In this document: positions 49,310 through 62,669 of the stretch, one piece after another
Layout: each line of letters opens with the position of its first letter
Position numbering within the stretch: the first letter of the stretch is position 1
NCBI RefSeq assembly: GCF_964213995.1
Contig: NC_135818.1
Location: 80,290,001-80,354,000, forward strand
DNA length: 64,000 nucleotides
From: Mustelus asterias
Lineage: Eukaryota
Direction: 5' to 3'
Program-made: the position numbers and the translations under genes
The notes under the pieces: generated by a model
The model's input: only the letters and a program-made list of their open reading frames with translations
The model's database searches: none
What the model was told of the DNA's origin: nothing

Positions 49310-50714
49310 CTTTCCCCCTTTTCCTGTCTTTGTATTTACATCTGTTACATCTCTAACATTTTCTCATGCTGATGAAAATTGATGGAAGCATTATCTCAGC
49401 CTGGTAAGCTGAGTTATTCCAGCATTTTCTGGTTTTATTCTTGTCATTAGCAAGTCCTTGTCCATGGGCCTTGATTAAGTCTTGCGTTTCCAAATACTGA
49501 CTAACCTAAATCTTGAATGATCACAAGGTTGTGGATTCAAGTCTAAATCCAACGTTTGAACACAAGAATGAAGACTATTACTCCAAATGATATGGAGAGA
49601 TAGAGAGATCACTGCACTTTCTGAGGTGTTGCCTTGCAAATGAGACGTTATCACCGAAGTACCTCCATTTCAGATTTGTGACCGATTGGGTGACTGCCTG
49701 GCAGAACATCTCTCGTTCAGTCCACAAGCGTGACCTCGAGGTTCCTACCATTTTAATTCTCAATCCCATTCCCGCTCTGACTTCCCCATCCTCTGCCTCC
49801 TACACTGTTCCAATGAAACTCAACATAACCTCGAGGAATCACACCTCATCTTTAGATTAGGAACTTTACAGCCTTCCAGACATAAGACTGAGTTCAGCAA
49901 TTTCAGATCACTGCCCCTGTCCCCATTGTTTTGGGCCGTAGCTATTGAGCATGACTCTGATATGTCCATTTGCACCTGCTGTGGGCTCAACTTTGTACCA
50001 TTACCAGTGGCACGGTGGTTAGCACTGCTGTCCCACAGCGTCAGGGACCTGGGTTCGATTCCCGGTTGGGTCACTGTCTTTGTGGAGTTTGCACTTTCTC
50101 TCTGTGTTTGCGTGGGTTTCCTCCGAGCGCTCCGGTTTCCTCCCACATTCCGGTTAGGCGCATTGGCCATGCTAAATTCTCCCTCAGTGTATCTGAACAG
50201 GTGGCGACTAGAGGATTTTCACAGTAACTTCATTGCAGTGTTAATGTAAGCTAATAAATAAACTTTAAAAAATTGATCTCCTCTTGCCTTGTGCCATTAT
50301 TCCTTTGCCGTTTAACCTCTCCTGCCTGACACCCCACCACCTTTGTGTTCCTTTCCCCGTTTTCCTGTCTTTTGTATTTACATCTGTTACATCTCTAACA
50401 TTTTCTCATTCTGATGAAAGTTGATGGAAGCATTAACTCAACCTGGCAAGATGAGCCATTCCAGCATTCTCTGGTTTTATTCTTGTCTTTAGCAAGTCCA
50501 TGTCCATGGGCCTTGATTAAGTTTCGCATTTCCAAATGCTAACTAACCTAAATCTTGAATAATCGCAAAGTTCTGGATTCAAGGCTCAATCCACGGTTTG
50601 AACACAAGAATGAAAGCTGATACCCCAGTGTGATATGGAGAGGTAGAGAGATCAATGCACTTTCTGAGGTGTTGCCTTGCAAATGAGACATTATCACCGA
50701 AGTACCTCCGTTTC
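49310..50714 (+). repeat. About 360-bp direct duplication (49310-49671 / 50351-50714) bracketing a Penelope endonuclease remnant and a SINE
   Basis: Both copies run TTTCCCC..TTACATCTGTTACATCTCTAAC..GAAGTACCTCC; 49680-49910 degenerate RLGDCLAEHL..LEESHLIFRLGTLQPS. Confidence 0.85.
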
Positions 50715-52019
50715 CCCTCCAGTGGGGTAAAAGACCCCCTCAACACTATGAAGAAGAACTGGAAATTCTCACCGGTACAAGAGCAAAATTCCGCATAAGC
50801 TGGAAACCTGAAGGTGGATATCTGTACATCAACAGGCTTCATTTATGAATAATTTACTAATATTATGAGAATTGGATAAATACTTTAATGGGGAAAACAT
50901 CTACGGGCCTACGCAGAATGAGCAGAGGTCTGGGATTAATTTGACAGTTCTAAGATCTGGTACAGACACAACGGGCTGAAGGGCCTCCTCCTGCGCCGTA
51001 TGATTTCTATGACTTGATGATGAGCAGACTGGCTGCAAAATCAGTGTGTCCCATCTAAGGTCTCATTGACATGCGGGCACTTTGTGTATCCCGCCTTGCA
51101 GTCCCTCTCTTTATTCCCAGCTATAGCGGGCGCAAGAGGAAATCAGGATGGTGTAACCTTTTACTCTGTTCCAGATGCTGGTTCGAATCCCCTGACAAGC
51201 AGCATAAGGATGTGGTGATTGAGGGGGTTGGGGGGGCAAGGGGAGGGGGGGGGGGGTGGGGTTGGTGGGGGGTGAGATGTGAGCAGTACACTGATAGCTA
51301 CTGGCTTTGTATCCCAGTTGGAAACCTCACCATTGAACATTTCACAAAACAAAAAGGTCACACTTCCTCTCAAATTGGAGAACCGATTCTTAGCAGTGCC
51401 AGTGTGAATTATGATTTAACATTTGCCCTTTGATGAGATTGCCTGTGCACTGCTATCCTTGAGAACTAACAATGTGGATATACAGCAGGAACAGCTGGCA
51501 GTGATTGACACAGCTTCTGAAACATGGCAATCATGCAATCGGCTTGGGGTTAGCGAAGAGACAGCTTTAATAGCGAAATCTCTACATTGACCTGAGCTGG
51601 GACAGCATGGAAGCCTGTCGACTTGTACAGGCAGCACTGAGATGGGACGTTCAACACAGCAGAGTGTTCAGTCACACAGCCTCAGTTGAGCCTAATTTTC
51701 CTGGAAATCTCTTCATGTTGTTCCTTTGTTGCCTGAGGGTTGCCAGTCACCATGGGGCATGGTCCCAACAATTGCCTCAAGCTGGTATTGGCGTTATTCT
51801 GCAACACGCTGTCACCACCTGAACTAACTGACCCGGCCTGTCAGATCTAGAGATATTTTGGGGGCAGGCCTCTTCTAACCAACCTCATTTGTTTACATAC
51901 ACAGGGGTTAATGTAGTGTGGAATTGAAGCAGGGTGCATATGGCCAGAGGTTTTTCAGAGTACCTGCAATGCTAAATGCCTTGTTTTAGAGGCATAAGAA
52001 ATAGGAGCCATTCGGTTCA

Positions 52020-52980
52020 CAGATGTATCACAGCTTGGTATGGCTCCTGCTCTGACCAAGACAGCAAGAAACTACAAAGGGTTGTGGACGTAGCCCAGTC
52101 CATCACGCAAACCGGCCTCCCAGCCATTGACTCTGTCTATACTTCCCGCTGCCTTGTAAAAGCAGCCAGCATAATCAAGGACCCCACACAACCCGTACAT
52201 GCTCTCTTCCACCTTCTTCTGTCGGGAAAAAGAGACAAACGTCTGAGATCACGTAACAACTGACTTCTCCGCTGCTGCCATCAGACTTTTGAATGGACCT
52301 ACCATATATTCAGTTGATCTTTCTCTACACCCTAGCTATGACTATAACACTACATTCTGCACCCTCTCCTTTCCTGCTCTACGTACGGTATGTTTTGTCT
52401 GTATAGCGTGCAAGAAACAATATTTTTCACCCAGTTAATACATGTGACAATAAATGAAATCAGTGCGATCATGAACGATCTTCTACCACAATGTCATTTT
52501 TCCGCCCATACCCCTGATGTTTCTAATATCTAGAAATCTATTGATTTCTGTCTGGAACGTGCTCAGCGACTGAGCCTCCATCTCCCTTTGGGGCAGAAAA
52601 TACCAAAGATTCACCACCCTCTGAGTGAAGAAATTCCTCCTCATCTCAGTCCTAAATGGCCGACCCCTTATTCTGAGACCATGTTCCCTGGTTCGATTCC
52701 CCCAACCAGGGGAAACATCCTTTCTGCATCCACCCTGTGGAGCCCTGTAAGAATTTTGTCTGCCTTAATAAGATCACCTCCCACACTTCTAAACTCTAAA
52801 GAATAAAGGCCCACTCTCCGCAACCTCTTATCCTGGGACAACATCCTGGGATCAGTCTGGTGAACCTTTGTTGCATTCTCTCTGTGGCAAGTTTATCCTT
52901 ACTTAGGTAAGGAGACCAAAACTGTACATAGGTGTCCAGGTGTGGTCTCACCAAGGCTCTATACAACTGCAGCAAGACTT
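52020..52980. mobile_element. Rex1/Babar-like 3' fragment (+, 52020-52460) next to a CR1 fragment (-, 52460-52980)
   Basis: CITAWYGSCSDQDSKKLQRVV; CR1 3' motifs on the minus strand. Confidence 0.75.
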
Positions 52981-53682
52981 CTTCAGTAAGACCTTTGCAT
53001 TAATCTTTTGCAGTCCTATCGGAGGTGTGGTACTTACTAACTCAGCTCACTTAGGCATTTGATATTATCGGGGCCCATTTAAAAAAAAATCATGGGATGC
53101 TCACCTGATGAAGGGGCAGCGCTCCACAAGCTCGTGATACCAAATACATCTGTTGGACTTTAACCTGGTGTTGTGAGACTGTTTACTATGATTTAGGAAG
53201 TTTGTTTTTAATGTTTTATTCTCTGTGTGTACCATGCTCGCTCTCTCTCTCTCTCTACTTGTCAGACCACATTTTGTCACCCTCCTGATTTACAAAAACA
53301 TGAATCTTGCCGCATTGCCCTCTCGCTGGGGAATTGATGTTGTCACTTTCCTTCAGGCACTAGCTGCTTATCTCTGTCGTTCAGAACCAACTTTGTCTGA
53401 GTTTTATTTATTTGTGATTCAGCGACACCCTCTCACAAGGTTGCTGGTGATCGTCAGTGGGCCAGGCAGAGAGTGAGAGAGTTAATGTTTCAGGTTGATG
53501 ACCTTACATCAGGAATGTTTCACAAGGAATCAAGCCTGATGGAAGGTCATTGCTGTCAAAGATTAATTCTGTTTTCTTTCCCCTTTCTTTCTCTCTCCAT
53601 TGAAGTGTCCGACCTGCTAAGTGCATCCAGCATTTTCTTTTTTAATTTCACTTTTCCATAATTTGCAGTATTTTGCTATGAG

Positions 53683-54040
53683 AGGGCGGCACAGTGGTTG
53701 GCACTGCTGCCTCACAGTGCCAGGGACCCGGGTTCAATTCCAGCCTTGGGTGACTCTTTGTCTGTGTGGGATCTGCATGTTCGACCGGTGTCTGTGTGGG
53801 TTTCCTCCGGGTGCTCCGGTTTCCTCCACACAATCCAAAGATGTGCAGGTTAGGTGGATTGGCCACGTTAAATTGCCCTTAGTGTCCAAAGATGTGTCGG
53901 TTAGGGGGATTGCCATGGTAAATGTGTGGGGTGACAGGGATAGGGTGAGGAGGGGGCGGGCCTGGTTGAGATACTCTGCCAGAGGGTCCATGCAGACTCA
54001 ATGGGCCGAATGGCCTCCTTCCACACGGTAGGGATTCTAT
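53683..54040 (+). mobile_element. HE1-type SINE
   Basis: Matches the other copies. Confidence 0.88.
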
Positions 54041-54494
54041 GGACGGGATTTTCTGGCCATGTATACCCCTCAGAGAATTCCCGCCAATATCTCACTTTAA
54101 AAATGCCTATCTTTGTGTTCAAATCCATCCCTGTCTCTGTGATCTCCTCCACAATCCTGCCATCCTGCGATCTCTTACACTACTCCAATTCCAGCCTCGT
54201 GAGCATCCCTAATATTAATCGCTCCACCGTTGGCGGCTGTGCCATCAGCTGCCTGGGCCTGGAGCTCTAGGGTCCTCTCCCTGAACATCTTGCTCCTTTT
54301 AAGTTGCTCCTTAAAACCAACCTCTTCGATACTGCCTTTTTTGTCTTCTGCCCTAAAATCTCCATGTTGCTCGGTGTTAAACTTTGTTTGAGGTGGAAGT
54401 GGAAGTTCTGGTGCTAGTTGGAGGAGGAGGAGGTTGTCGATTCCCAGTGTCCTGGGCGATACTTATCTCTCAATCGACAAAAATACGATTACCT

Positions 54495-55850
54495 GGTCAG
54501 TTGGAATCAATTATCAAGGAAGCAATATCAGGACATTTGGAAAGTCAAGACACTATCCATCAGAGTCAGCATGGTTTTATGAATGGCAAATCATGTTTGA
54601 CTAATTTGCTAGAATTCTTCGAGGATGTAACCAGCAAAGTGGGTAATGGGGATCCTCTAGATGTAGTATATCTGGACTTCCGGAAGGCATTTGACAAGGC
54701 GCAGCCCAAAAGGTTAATTCACAAGGTTAGATCACATGGGATTAGGGGTAATTTATGAGCTTGGATAGGTGACTGGCTGATGGACAGAAGACGGAGAGTC
54801 GGGATAAATGTTTTTTTTTCTGGATGGCAGGAAGTAACTAGTGGAGTGCCACAGGGTTCGGTCCTTGGGCCCCAGCTATATATTAATGACTTGGATACAG
54901 GGATAGAAGGCTCTGTAGCCAAATTTGCAGATGACACAAAAATAGACAGGACAGTAAATTGCAATGAGGAAATAAGAACCTTACAAATGAATATAGATAT
55001 GATAGGAGAGTGGTCCAAAATGTGGCAGATGGAGTTTAATGTGGATAAGTGTGAGGTAATGCATTTTTGTCGCAAAATGGGAAAGAGACTTATTATCTAA
55101 ATGGGGAGAGACTTCGGGCTGCTCCGGTGCAGAGGGATCTGGGTGTACTCGTTCAAGAGTCACAGAAAACTAGCATGCAGGTACAGCAGATAATAAAGAA
55201 ATCGAATGGAATGTTGGCATTTATAGCTAAAGGAATAGAATATAAAGGTAAGGAAGTATTGTTGCAACTATACAAGGCATTGGTGAGGCTGCACCTGGAG
55301 TATTGTGCACAGTTTTGGTCCCCGTATTTGATGAAAGATGTAGTGGAATTGGAGGCAGTTCAGAGGAGGTTCACTAGATTGATTCCAGAAATGAGGGGTT
55401 TGTCTTATGAAGAGAGATTGAACAGTTCAGGCCTATACTCCCTGGAATTTAGAAGAATGAGGGGAGATCAAGTTGAGATATTCAAGATGATAAAAGATTT
55501 GGATAAAGTAGACATGGAGCGGATGCTTCCTCTTGTGAGGCATTCGAGGACGAGAGGTCATAGTCTTAGGATAAAGGGGTAGCAAATTTAAAACAGAGTT
55601 GAGGAGAAACTACTTCTCCCAAAGAGTTGTGAATCTGTGGAATTCGAAATCCCAAAGTGTGGTGGATGCTGGTACACTGAATACACTTAAGGAGGAGTTA
55701 GACATATTTTTAACTGGTAATGAGTTGAAAGTCTATAGGGTGAAGGCAGGAAAAGGGGGAAAATGGGGAGGAGCATATCAGCCATGATCGAATGGCGGAG
55801 CAGACTCGAGCCGAATGGCCTAATTCTGCTCCTATAATCTTATGAATTTA
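54495..55850 (+). mobile_element. CR1 LINE, RT to 3' end, disrupted
   Basis: SQHGFMNGKSCLTNLLEFFE..DFRKAFDK; GVPQGSVLGP..FADDTK; LEYCAQFWSPYL. Confidence 0.93.
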
Positions 55851-55861
55851 TGAATTTATTG

Positions 55862-56046
55862 TCACGGCACAGTGGTTAGCACCAATCCACCTAACCTGCA
55901 CATCTTTGGACTGTGGGAGGAAACCGGAGGAAACCCACGCAGACATGGCGAGAATGTGCAATCTTCACACAGACAGTGACCCAAGCCGGGAATCGAACCC
56001 GTGTCCCTGGCGCTGTGAGGCAGCAGTGCTAACCACTGTGCCACCC
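55862..56046 (-). mobile_element. Truncated HE1-type SINE with an inverted copy of its own head
   Basis: GGCACAGTGGTTAGCAC at 55866-55882 versus GTGCTAACCACTGTGCC at 56026-56042. Confidence 0.8.
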
Positions 56047-57479
56047 TTTGGGGTAATTTCCCATTGGAAGTTTGAACTTCCCAAGCAAATTTCATGCAAA
56101 CCTTATCTGGAAAGGTCCAGGAAGTTGTGGGTGAGGCAGGGGTGGAGGGGAGGGGGTGGTGGAAGAGCAGGGGGTTAGCACAACACATCTTTGTGATACC
56201 TCTCAGCTATGGAGATTGGAGGTTACGACTCATAAGATCCATGGATTTCATTCACTGTCCTCTCTGCTGAGAAGGTGATTGGAAGTCAGGGTGGCAGTAA
56301 GAACTGGTGCTGTAGTTGAGCTCCGCATCTCGGGCCTATGACTTGGGCTTCTGACTTCTCATTGATATTGCATTCCTGCACGCTCCCCGCTCCACCCTGC
56401 CCCATCAAGCTTACTATGCTGCGCATCTCTGGTTGTTAGATTCAGGCTGGATTTGTTTTTGGATTGTTAAATAACCTGCTATACCCACTATAAAATATCC
56501 TGGTTTGACATCTCTCGTCGGAAAGACTGGAATTGGTATGAGATCACACAGGCCTGTGTACTTGAGCATGGATTTGTGTCCATGGAGTACACAGTTCCTG
56601 TAAAGTTTTTGCAAATAATCTGAATCTCTGAAGCAGAGTGCTCCTTGTTCCTTTGCTTTTAAAGACAAGCATATAAAAAATGATGGACACAGAAAGAGAA
56701 TCTAGTCCATCAAGCTTGCCTGACATGGCCGCAAGGCATAAGATATTGCGATTGGACTCTTGCTACCCCCAACAGTTATGGAAGATGAAAAGAAAGCAGA
56801 AAAACCCAAGATCTATTCGGGAAAAAAACCTGGAAAATTCTCTAATTTCTGAGGTGATTGCAAACTTGTGTGCCTCAGCCTAGGGAAGATTTTCAATTTC
56901 TTACCTAACTTTCTGAGTAACCTGCGAGTGGATGCCTGCAGAAAAGCTCCAGGATTAAATTCTCCCTAATTTTACCATTCTTCTTTTGATGTCCATGGAA
57001 GAGACAACAACAACCCTTTCATGCCAAGGAAAAGCCATAGCAAACCAAGAGTGTTAGACTTGGAGCACAGTTTTTAAGCTTAGGTTTGCTCGTTCATGCT
57101 GTGCCAAGCTAGATGATTAGTTTGGTTCTTTCGACCATTTTGTGCCTCTGTCCTATGAATAGAAGGTAAATCAGGCACAGCACTTTTGATACCGAAAGAG
57201 AGGACAGAAAGTTTTAAGTTTGTGAAGAAGACAGGTAGGGCTTTATTTAAGCAGAGGTTGATCACTAACAAAAGTTAGTTGAGATTAGCACACTGGAGCC
57301 TCCTCAGTTGTTGTTAGATACTTCAATGGCAAGGTGAAAGGTTTGATCTTCTGTTGGGAGGAGATCAAATGGGCTGAAGAATTCCTTCAGCAAAGCTGTC
57401 TTCCTGGTACTGTGAAGAATGTACATGGACAAACTCCAGTGTCACATCAATTCAACATCACAGAAAGGCCACTGGGGCC

Positions 57480-58035
57480 TGCTTGGTCCTTGCTGGTATT
57501 TAGCCACTTCCCTTCATCTCACCCTCTCGCCTATACCTTCCTTCAGGACACAGACATGCCAAGTGTACAGGCCGTGATCATCTTAGCTGAGGTGGATGGG
57601 GGAACATGTTGTCAGAATGTCCCTGATTCAAAACTTCCCAGGCAGATGCCATAGAGTTCGTTCTCACAGGAGACAAAGAACATGTTTCGGGGATGATCTC
57701 ATAGCCTCCATGAAGGTCTGCTTCGTAAACATCGACACCTGGAAATCAGATGCCCAATTGCGACTGAAATGGCGATTCCTCATCAGACATGGCCTCACGC
57801 CCTTCCAATCAACAAGGGCAGCCACTGAGAGGGAACGGCGAGAGAGATGGAAAGAGAGGGCATCTGCTCGAGTCAATAATCCACCACCTCTATCAACGAT
57901 CGATGTCCTCACTGTGGGAGAGCCTGCACGGTTAAAATAGGACTCATAAGCCATCTGCAAATTTTCGGCCAATATCACTCTTCCACCCAGCTATCCACAA
58001 GAAAGAATCATACTTGATAGGAAGGATTGTCACTA
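57480..58035 (+). mobile_element. RTE-clade LINE 3' remnant
   Basis: RRQRTCFGDDLIASMKVCFVNIDTWKSDAQLRLKWR..; frameshifted CPHCGRAC..KIGLISHL zinc finger; a second RTE-like remnant at about 59270-59520. Confidence 0.7.
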
Positions 58036-58938
58036 AATAGATTTCTGTGTCCCCATGCGCTTATCTAATTTTCCCTTAACTGGCGGCCTCAACGACCCCA
58101 TGTGGGAGCGCACTCCGCATTCTTACCACACTCTGGCCAGAGAAGGTTTTCCATCTTGTATTTACAGGCTTCTCATTTTGGTTTCCTCTTCAAGTGAAAA
58201 CATTTTCTCCGTGTCCAGCCTGTTGAATCCTTTCATTATCTTTAAAAAAAAAAGACTCGATTAGATCATTCCTCGGCCTTCTCTTTTCCAGAGAAATTGC
58301 CTTTCAATCCTTCCTGATAGATGTAACCTTTTCAGTTCTCGTGTCAACTCTGCACCAGTGCCCTGTGTATTCTTTTTTATTCTTATGGAGCGAAGAGTGG
58401 AACTATGCACCGTGGAACATGAAGGTCCTAGCGGGGTGTGGAAGTGGTAAGGGGATGGATTAACACCCTCACTCCCTCCCCCACCCCACCATCCACAGGC
58501 ACAGCCAAATAATGGGCCCCCCACCACAGGTCTCTGGGCAAATCTCACCGCAGTACAGAAAGATTCCAATCAACTGCTGGAACAAAATATTGCAGCATTT
58601 ATAAACCGTGTCAGAAGAGGGCAATGCAGAGTTGGTTGGAAATTGGTTTGCTCTCGTTCACAAAAGAAAGGGATAGATTTTTCATGTTATCTGTGTTTAT
58701 ATCTTTTCATACTGAGCTGCGTGCTTGGTGTTATTAAAAACACAATTTCTATCAGACACATTTACATCTGACCTATGGGTTTATCAATGCATGTTTGTTA
58801 TCCATTCTTCTTAAAGCAGCCAGGGTTATTTTATATTTTCATGTGCTGGACTGTAACAGTCAAGTGTAGTTCATTGTGATATGATTCACTTTATTATTAA
58901 TGCTAGGTATAAATATTCCACTTTATTTTGTTGCTGGG

Positions 58939-59178
58939 AGTGTCTGTGCGCGCGTGTCTGTGTGCGCGCGTGTCTGCGTGCGTGTGTCTGTGTGCGTGCG
59001 TCTATGTACCTGTGTCTCTGTGTGTCTGCGTGCGTGTGTCTGTGTGCGTGCGTCTATGTACCTGTGTCTGCATGTGTCTGTGTCTGCGTGTGCATGTGTC
59101 TGCATGCGTGCGTGCGTGTGTCTGTGTGTTCGTGGTCTGCATGCGCGTGTGTGTCTGCATATGCATGTCTCAGTGTGT
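58939..59178. repeat. Compound GT/GC-rich microsatellite with higher-order internal repeats
   Basis: TGTGTCTG/TGCG arrays; CTGCGTGCGTGTGTCTGTGTGCGTGCGTCTATGTACCTGTGTCT occurs twice. Confidence 0.95.
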
Positions 59179-59539
59179 TCAAACACATTGAGGTGGAGGG
59201 TGAATAATGAAGTGGTCTCGAGGGTGCCACAATGCACTTGCTGCCCTGCAGAACCCTTACAATAGCAGTGCCATTAAGTTATGAATAACAGTATCAAGGA
59301 TATCTTCAAGTGAGATATGAACATGGCGGACGTGGACACAGGCAACTGGGAGACAGTCACTGACCTCTGGAGGCTGACTGACTGCAGGGGTGTTGGAAGA
59401 GGTGAGCAGATGTGGAAAGCTCAACTGGGTGAAAAGAGCCCAGAGAAAACAGAAACCAGAAAAGCCTCACCTTCTCGGCCCACTGTCTCCACCTGCAGTA
59501 AATAGGGTAGAGACTGCCATGCCAGGGGCTTCTGTACCC

Positions 59540-62300
59540 TGTTATAAGGTTGTATGTTGCCTCAGGAAGAGGTCTACAGGGTTGTGTGTTTGAGCAATAA
59601 CTCTTTATTAATAACTCAGAGCTACATGCATATGTACAGGATACAGACCCCACTAGGTACTATCATTATGCTGCACCTTAATAGTGCACCTCCCCCCAAG
59701 TCGTTACCCAAATGTATTTACAATGATACATGATACCCCTTCTGCCCCCAAATCTCTGACTGCACTGATTTAGACAATCTGGAGGCTTTCTGACTCTTCC
59801 AGACAAACATCCAAAATAGTCAACGGCATCCGTCCTGTTGCTCTTGAAACAGAACTGCCTCTACTCCTGTTGACAAAGCATCTGCGGCGATTGACAGGGA
59901 TGGCTTGTCGTGAGCTAGGATATCTGGTGAGAGCAGCAAGTCTTTGATCTGATAAAATGTTGTGCATCCAAACACCATGCTTTGGGTTTTATTGAGAAGG
60001 TGTCTGCGACCTGTGTCCGGTTGGGCAGAAACCTGGTTTACCTTGCGCAGGAATCTTTGAAGGTCTGGAATGGATGACAGTGTTGGAAACTCACAAATTC
60101 CCTTTTTTTTGTACGGGTGCTGCTTCATGGGAGCATTTCAAGTCAGCTGTGTGTCTAATGTTGTGTTCGTCAACAGCTGTATCATGGACAAGGGCCTCAC
60201 CCTTATGGCACATGACTCTTTTCAGGCCTTATAAGTTGGCTGACGTCTTGCAGTGAAATATTTTGGGTGCTGAAAAGGGGTGACTAAAGTTGTCAGCAAC
60301 TTAGATTTTTCTTGTCCGATGAAATCTGCCGGAAGCCACTGTTGGCATTAAGTTTCCGCAACACTGTATTCTTGGAGAGTTGGTCAAACTGTACCCCACT
60401 GATGACATTGTGTTGATTTGCCTCGCCACTGGGTTGTGTCAGGTCAACACATTACGAATGAATCCAGTTGGCCTCAGAAATGGAACCACTTTGGGTACTG
60501 GGGGAGATGACCTCCATCTTGGTCATCTCATTAAGTTGCTGGTCATCTCATTAAGTTGCTGTTGTACTTGCCTCCATAGCGGCTGGAGTATTTGCCATTT
60601 GCTTGGGTGTGAACAAGCACATGGGTTTGACATTGTTTCTCAGTGCTATGCTGAATGCAATCTTCAGTCACTCCAGCCCAGTGGAAAGTTTTGAAAACCT
60701 TTTTCAAAAATTGGAATCAGAGCCTTGCTGGTTAATCTTGTCGATCTCTTCAGTGAAGTTGCGGTTGACACAGACTTTCCTGCTCAAGAGAAAACATGTG
60801 GAGCACATATATAACATGTTCCATATTTGTTTTTATATTTGAGCATTGCTTGCAACATACTTTTGACCTGGAGCTTGGTTCCTCCTGATTCATATGGCTG
60901 TGTTGTAAGTGACATCAGACCCCTTGCACTAACCATGGATCTTTATCCGACAGGACCGTCACACTGGCTCCTGTGTCCAATTTGCAGATATGTCAACATT
61001 CCAAAATATGAATCTGGGATCCTTAATATCCCCCCAGAAGGGGGGTCATCCATCTCATGGATCTTTTGGGATCCTCTACACATCTCGAGGTTGTGGACTT
61101 GCACCTCTTTCCAAAGTGTCCCAAGTGGGTGGCACAGTGGTTAGTACTGCTGCCTCGCAGCACCAGGTACCTGGGTTCGATTCTCGGCTTGGGTCACTGT
61201 CTGTGCGGAGTCTGCACGTTCTCCCCGTGTCCGCATGGATTTTATCCGGGTGCTCCGGTTTCCTCCCACAGTTCAAAAAGATGTGCTGGTTGGGTGAATT
61301 GGCCATGCTCAATTCTCCCTCAATGCACCCAGAACCCTGAGTGTGGCGACTAGGGGATTTTCACAGTAACTCCATTGCACTGATAAAATGACACTAGTAA
61401 ATATACTTAAACTTAAGAACTTAAACTTAAAGTGATTGCAGTGAAAACATTGCACAATCATTGCTGGACACTGCTCGCACCTTTAAGGTCTTTTGGTGTC
61501 ACAGCACTCTCTTGGTCTGCCATCATCCTGTGTTTTGCTTGGGTATTGCTTTCCTTGTCCTGGAATCTCCTCGCCTTTTGGTTGCTCTATGAGCTAGATT
61601 GTTGGGGTTGCTCTGTACCGTGGTTTAATTTCACTTTGCAAGGAGTCAGATCTTCTTTAAATTAGATTTGATTTATTATTGTCACATGTATTGGGATACA
61701 ATGAAAAGTATTGTTACTTGCGTGCAATACAGACAAAACATACTGTTCATAGTGTACATAGGGGGAGAAGGAAAGGATAGGGTGCAGATCATAGTGTTAC
61801 AGTTATAGATTGGGTGTAGAGAAAAGTCAGCTTAATATATGGTAGGTCCATAGGAGTACATTTGAAAGCAATTGACACTATTTGTTCTCTTATGACTGCT
61901 GACTTAAGTCACCATTGACACAGCCTTCAGCCAATCTATATAACTCATTTATGGGTTCCCTGGGCTTCTGGACTCTCTTGCTGAATTTTGCTCACTCCAA
62001 AATTGTATTGCTTCTTAAGTCAAAGTAGATATCAAAGAACTTCATAATTTCTTCAAAGTTATTGGAAGACTTATTTATTCCTTGTCTGGCAATTATGTCA
62101 TTGACTTTTGGGCCTACTGAATATAATAACGTATTCACTTGATCAACCTCCACTTCTAATTCCTGACTGTTGCTAACATAGCTTAAAAATCTTCTCAGTA
62201 GCGTCCAATTTTGCACCTGGCCTGGACCTCTCATTTACCTTAATTGGTCTGGCAGTGTTGATTTACAATCCATGGCTGTTATAATCACACAGGAGTACAG
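59540..62300 (-). mobile_element. Degenerate Ty3/Gypsy LTR retrotransposon (gag, RT, RNase H, PPT, short 3' LTR 59540-59688)
   Basis: Gag-like QVNTLLYSVGPKVNDII..FDIYFDLRSNTILE; RT KLNANSGFRQI and SAPKIF; RNase H IAADALSTGVEAVLFQ; PPT GGGGGGAGG then TG..AATAAA..TATAACA; SINE and Rex1-like insertions. Confidence 0.75.
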
Positions 62301-62669
62301 CTTTAATTTTAAAGAAATGGCGCTGCAGTAATGTTTCTTTTCTGACCGTGCTCGTCAGGATTTGGTGGGCTCTCTTTATGGTTCGGGGGCCATTTTAAAC
62401 TTCAGCGATTCTGCTGAAAATCTTTTGAACAAATTGTTTTGACCAGCTAGTTGCTTTCCTAAGTTTGGGGAATCGAAGTAGAGCCGATTTTTCTGATCTC
62501 ATTTAATTTTTGTTTTTGCTCACGTGTTGTGGCACTGACTCTGGATCTGTGCTGTAGCGTTCTTCAAGCTGTATTTCATAAAACAATTTGCCTGCCATTG
62601 GTGTCTGAATATTGCGTTGAATTAAAAAACTTATTTCAGCCTTTTTCTTTGGAATTGACTCACCCTTTT

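Noticed and set aside
51432-51590. ATG-less open frame DEIACALLSLRTNNVDIQQEQLAVIDTASETWQ..
   Set aside because: No recognisable homology, no convincing splice acceptor, and its length is within chance expectation
56680-56883. GACATGGCCGCAAGG as a possible ADCK1 start exon
   Set aside because: The translation does not resemble the ADCK1 N-terminus, there is no clear acceptor/donor pair, and the flanks look like a degenerate LINE 3' end
58881-59265. Cys/Val- and His/Thr-rich ORFs
   Set aside because: Translations of a GT/GC microsatellite
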